Below the pieces are notes generated by a model. The model was not told the DNA's origin. It did not search any database and saw nothing but the letters and a program-made list of their open reading frames with translations. 6,276 bases of DNA from a virus, in the IMG/VR virus record IMGVR_UViG_3300020029_000033, positions 1 through 6,276 of that record; one strand, written 5' to 3'. The position numbers were made by a program, and so were the translations under genes. Of the stretch, positions 6,024 to 6,276 are shown piece after piece (positions within the stretch are counted from its first letter, which is position 1; each line of letters begins with the position of its first letter).

Positions 6024-6276
6024 TGTGCACTAGCGGCAGGGGCGGAATCCGTAGACGGCGCTGCCTGTTCCTCTGCCAGCATAGCTTGAGCATATGCAGT
6101 AAGATCGGATTTCTCATTAGCCAATTGCCGTAATACAGCTTGACGTTCAGACATTGTCTGACAATGCCGGGATACAACACAGTTAAATCGTTCCTCATCT
6201 GTCATACCGTCCATCACAGTAGATTGAGTAGGATGCATCTGGGCAAGGATATTATTAACGTTCATATCACCAAGCA
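6020..6276 (-). CDS. C-terminal part of the same 147-aa wrap-around VP3-like ORF (second window copy)
   Basis: The 81-aa track ORF 6020..6265 begins at an internal Met (residue 67 of the full ORF). Its reading frame stays open to the window end and continues, through the repeat, to the ATG at 308. The stop TGA lies at 6022-6020. Confidence 0.6.
   Translation of the reverse strand, partial: LGDMNVNNILAQMHPTQSTVMDGMTDEERFNCVVSRHCQTMSERQAVLRQLANEKSDLTAYAQAMLAEEQAAPSTDSAPAASAQ
6156..6276. repeat. Terminal direct repeat, copy 2 (assembly overlap of a circular genome)
   Basis: This segment is identical to bases 1-121. Confidence 0.95.

Noticed and set aside
6020-6265. The 81-aa ORF treated as a stand-alone gene.
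   Set aside because: Its ATG is an internal Met. The frame is open upstream through the repeat to the ATG at 308 in the circular molecule.

Overview
The window holds one complete circular Microviridae ssDNA phage genome of the non-phiX, gokusho-/alpavirus-like type. The unit length is 6,155 nt. It was linearised inside a gene and carries an exact 121-nt terminal overlap (1-121 = 6156-6276). All credible genes lie on the minus strand and are tightly packed, with gaps of 5-16 nt and two ATGA stop/start overlaps. In transcription order they are: VP1 major capsid (2049->319); a 147-aa VP3-like ORF that wraps round the window ends (308->1 joined to 6155->6020); the VP2 pilot protein (6023->4857); the only sizeable non-coding region (4462-4856, 395 nt); a 64-aa orphan ORF; a 27-aa single-transmembrane (TM) peptide; a 101-aa LAS-fold/M15-type zinc peptidase; and a large 606-aa HUH rolling-circle Rep (VP4). 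No start codon has a Shine-Dalgarno motif, and a near-consensus Bacteroides-type promoter precedes ORF64, which suggests a Bacteroidota host. Two things deserve a second look. First, a translationally coupled TM-peptide plus M15 peptidase pair looks like a holin/endolysin-style lysis cassette, which is atypical for microviruses. Second, a roughly 200-nt GC-rich hairpin-dense island (about 59% GC by hand count over 4681-4800, against 15% in the flanking leader) sits in the intergenic region. It could be a complementary-strand origin, a structured RNA or an acquired element. All homology statements rest on motifs recognised by eye. No searches were run.
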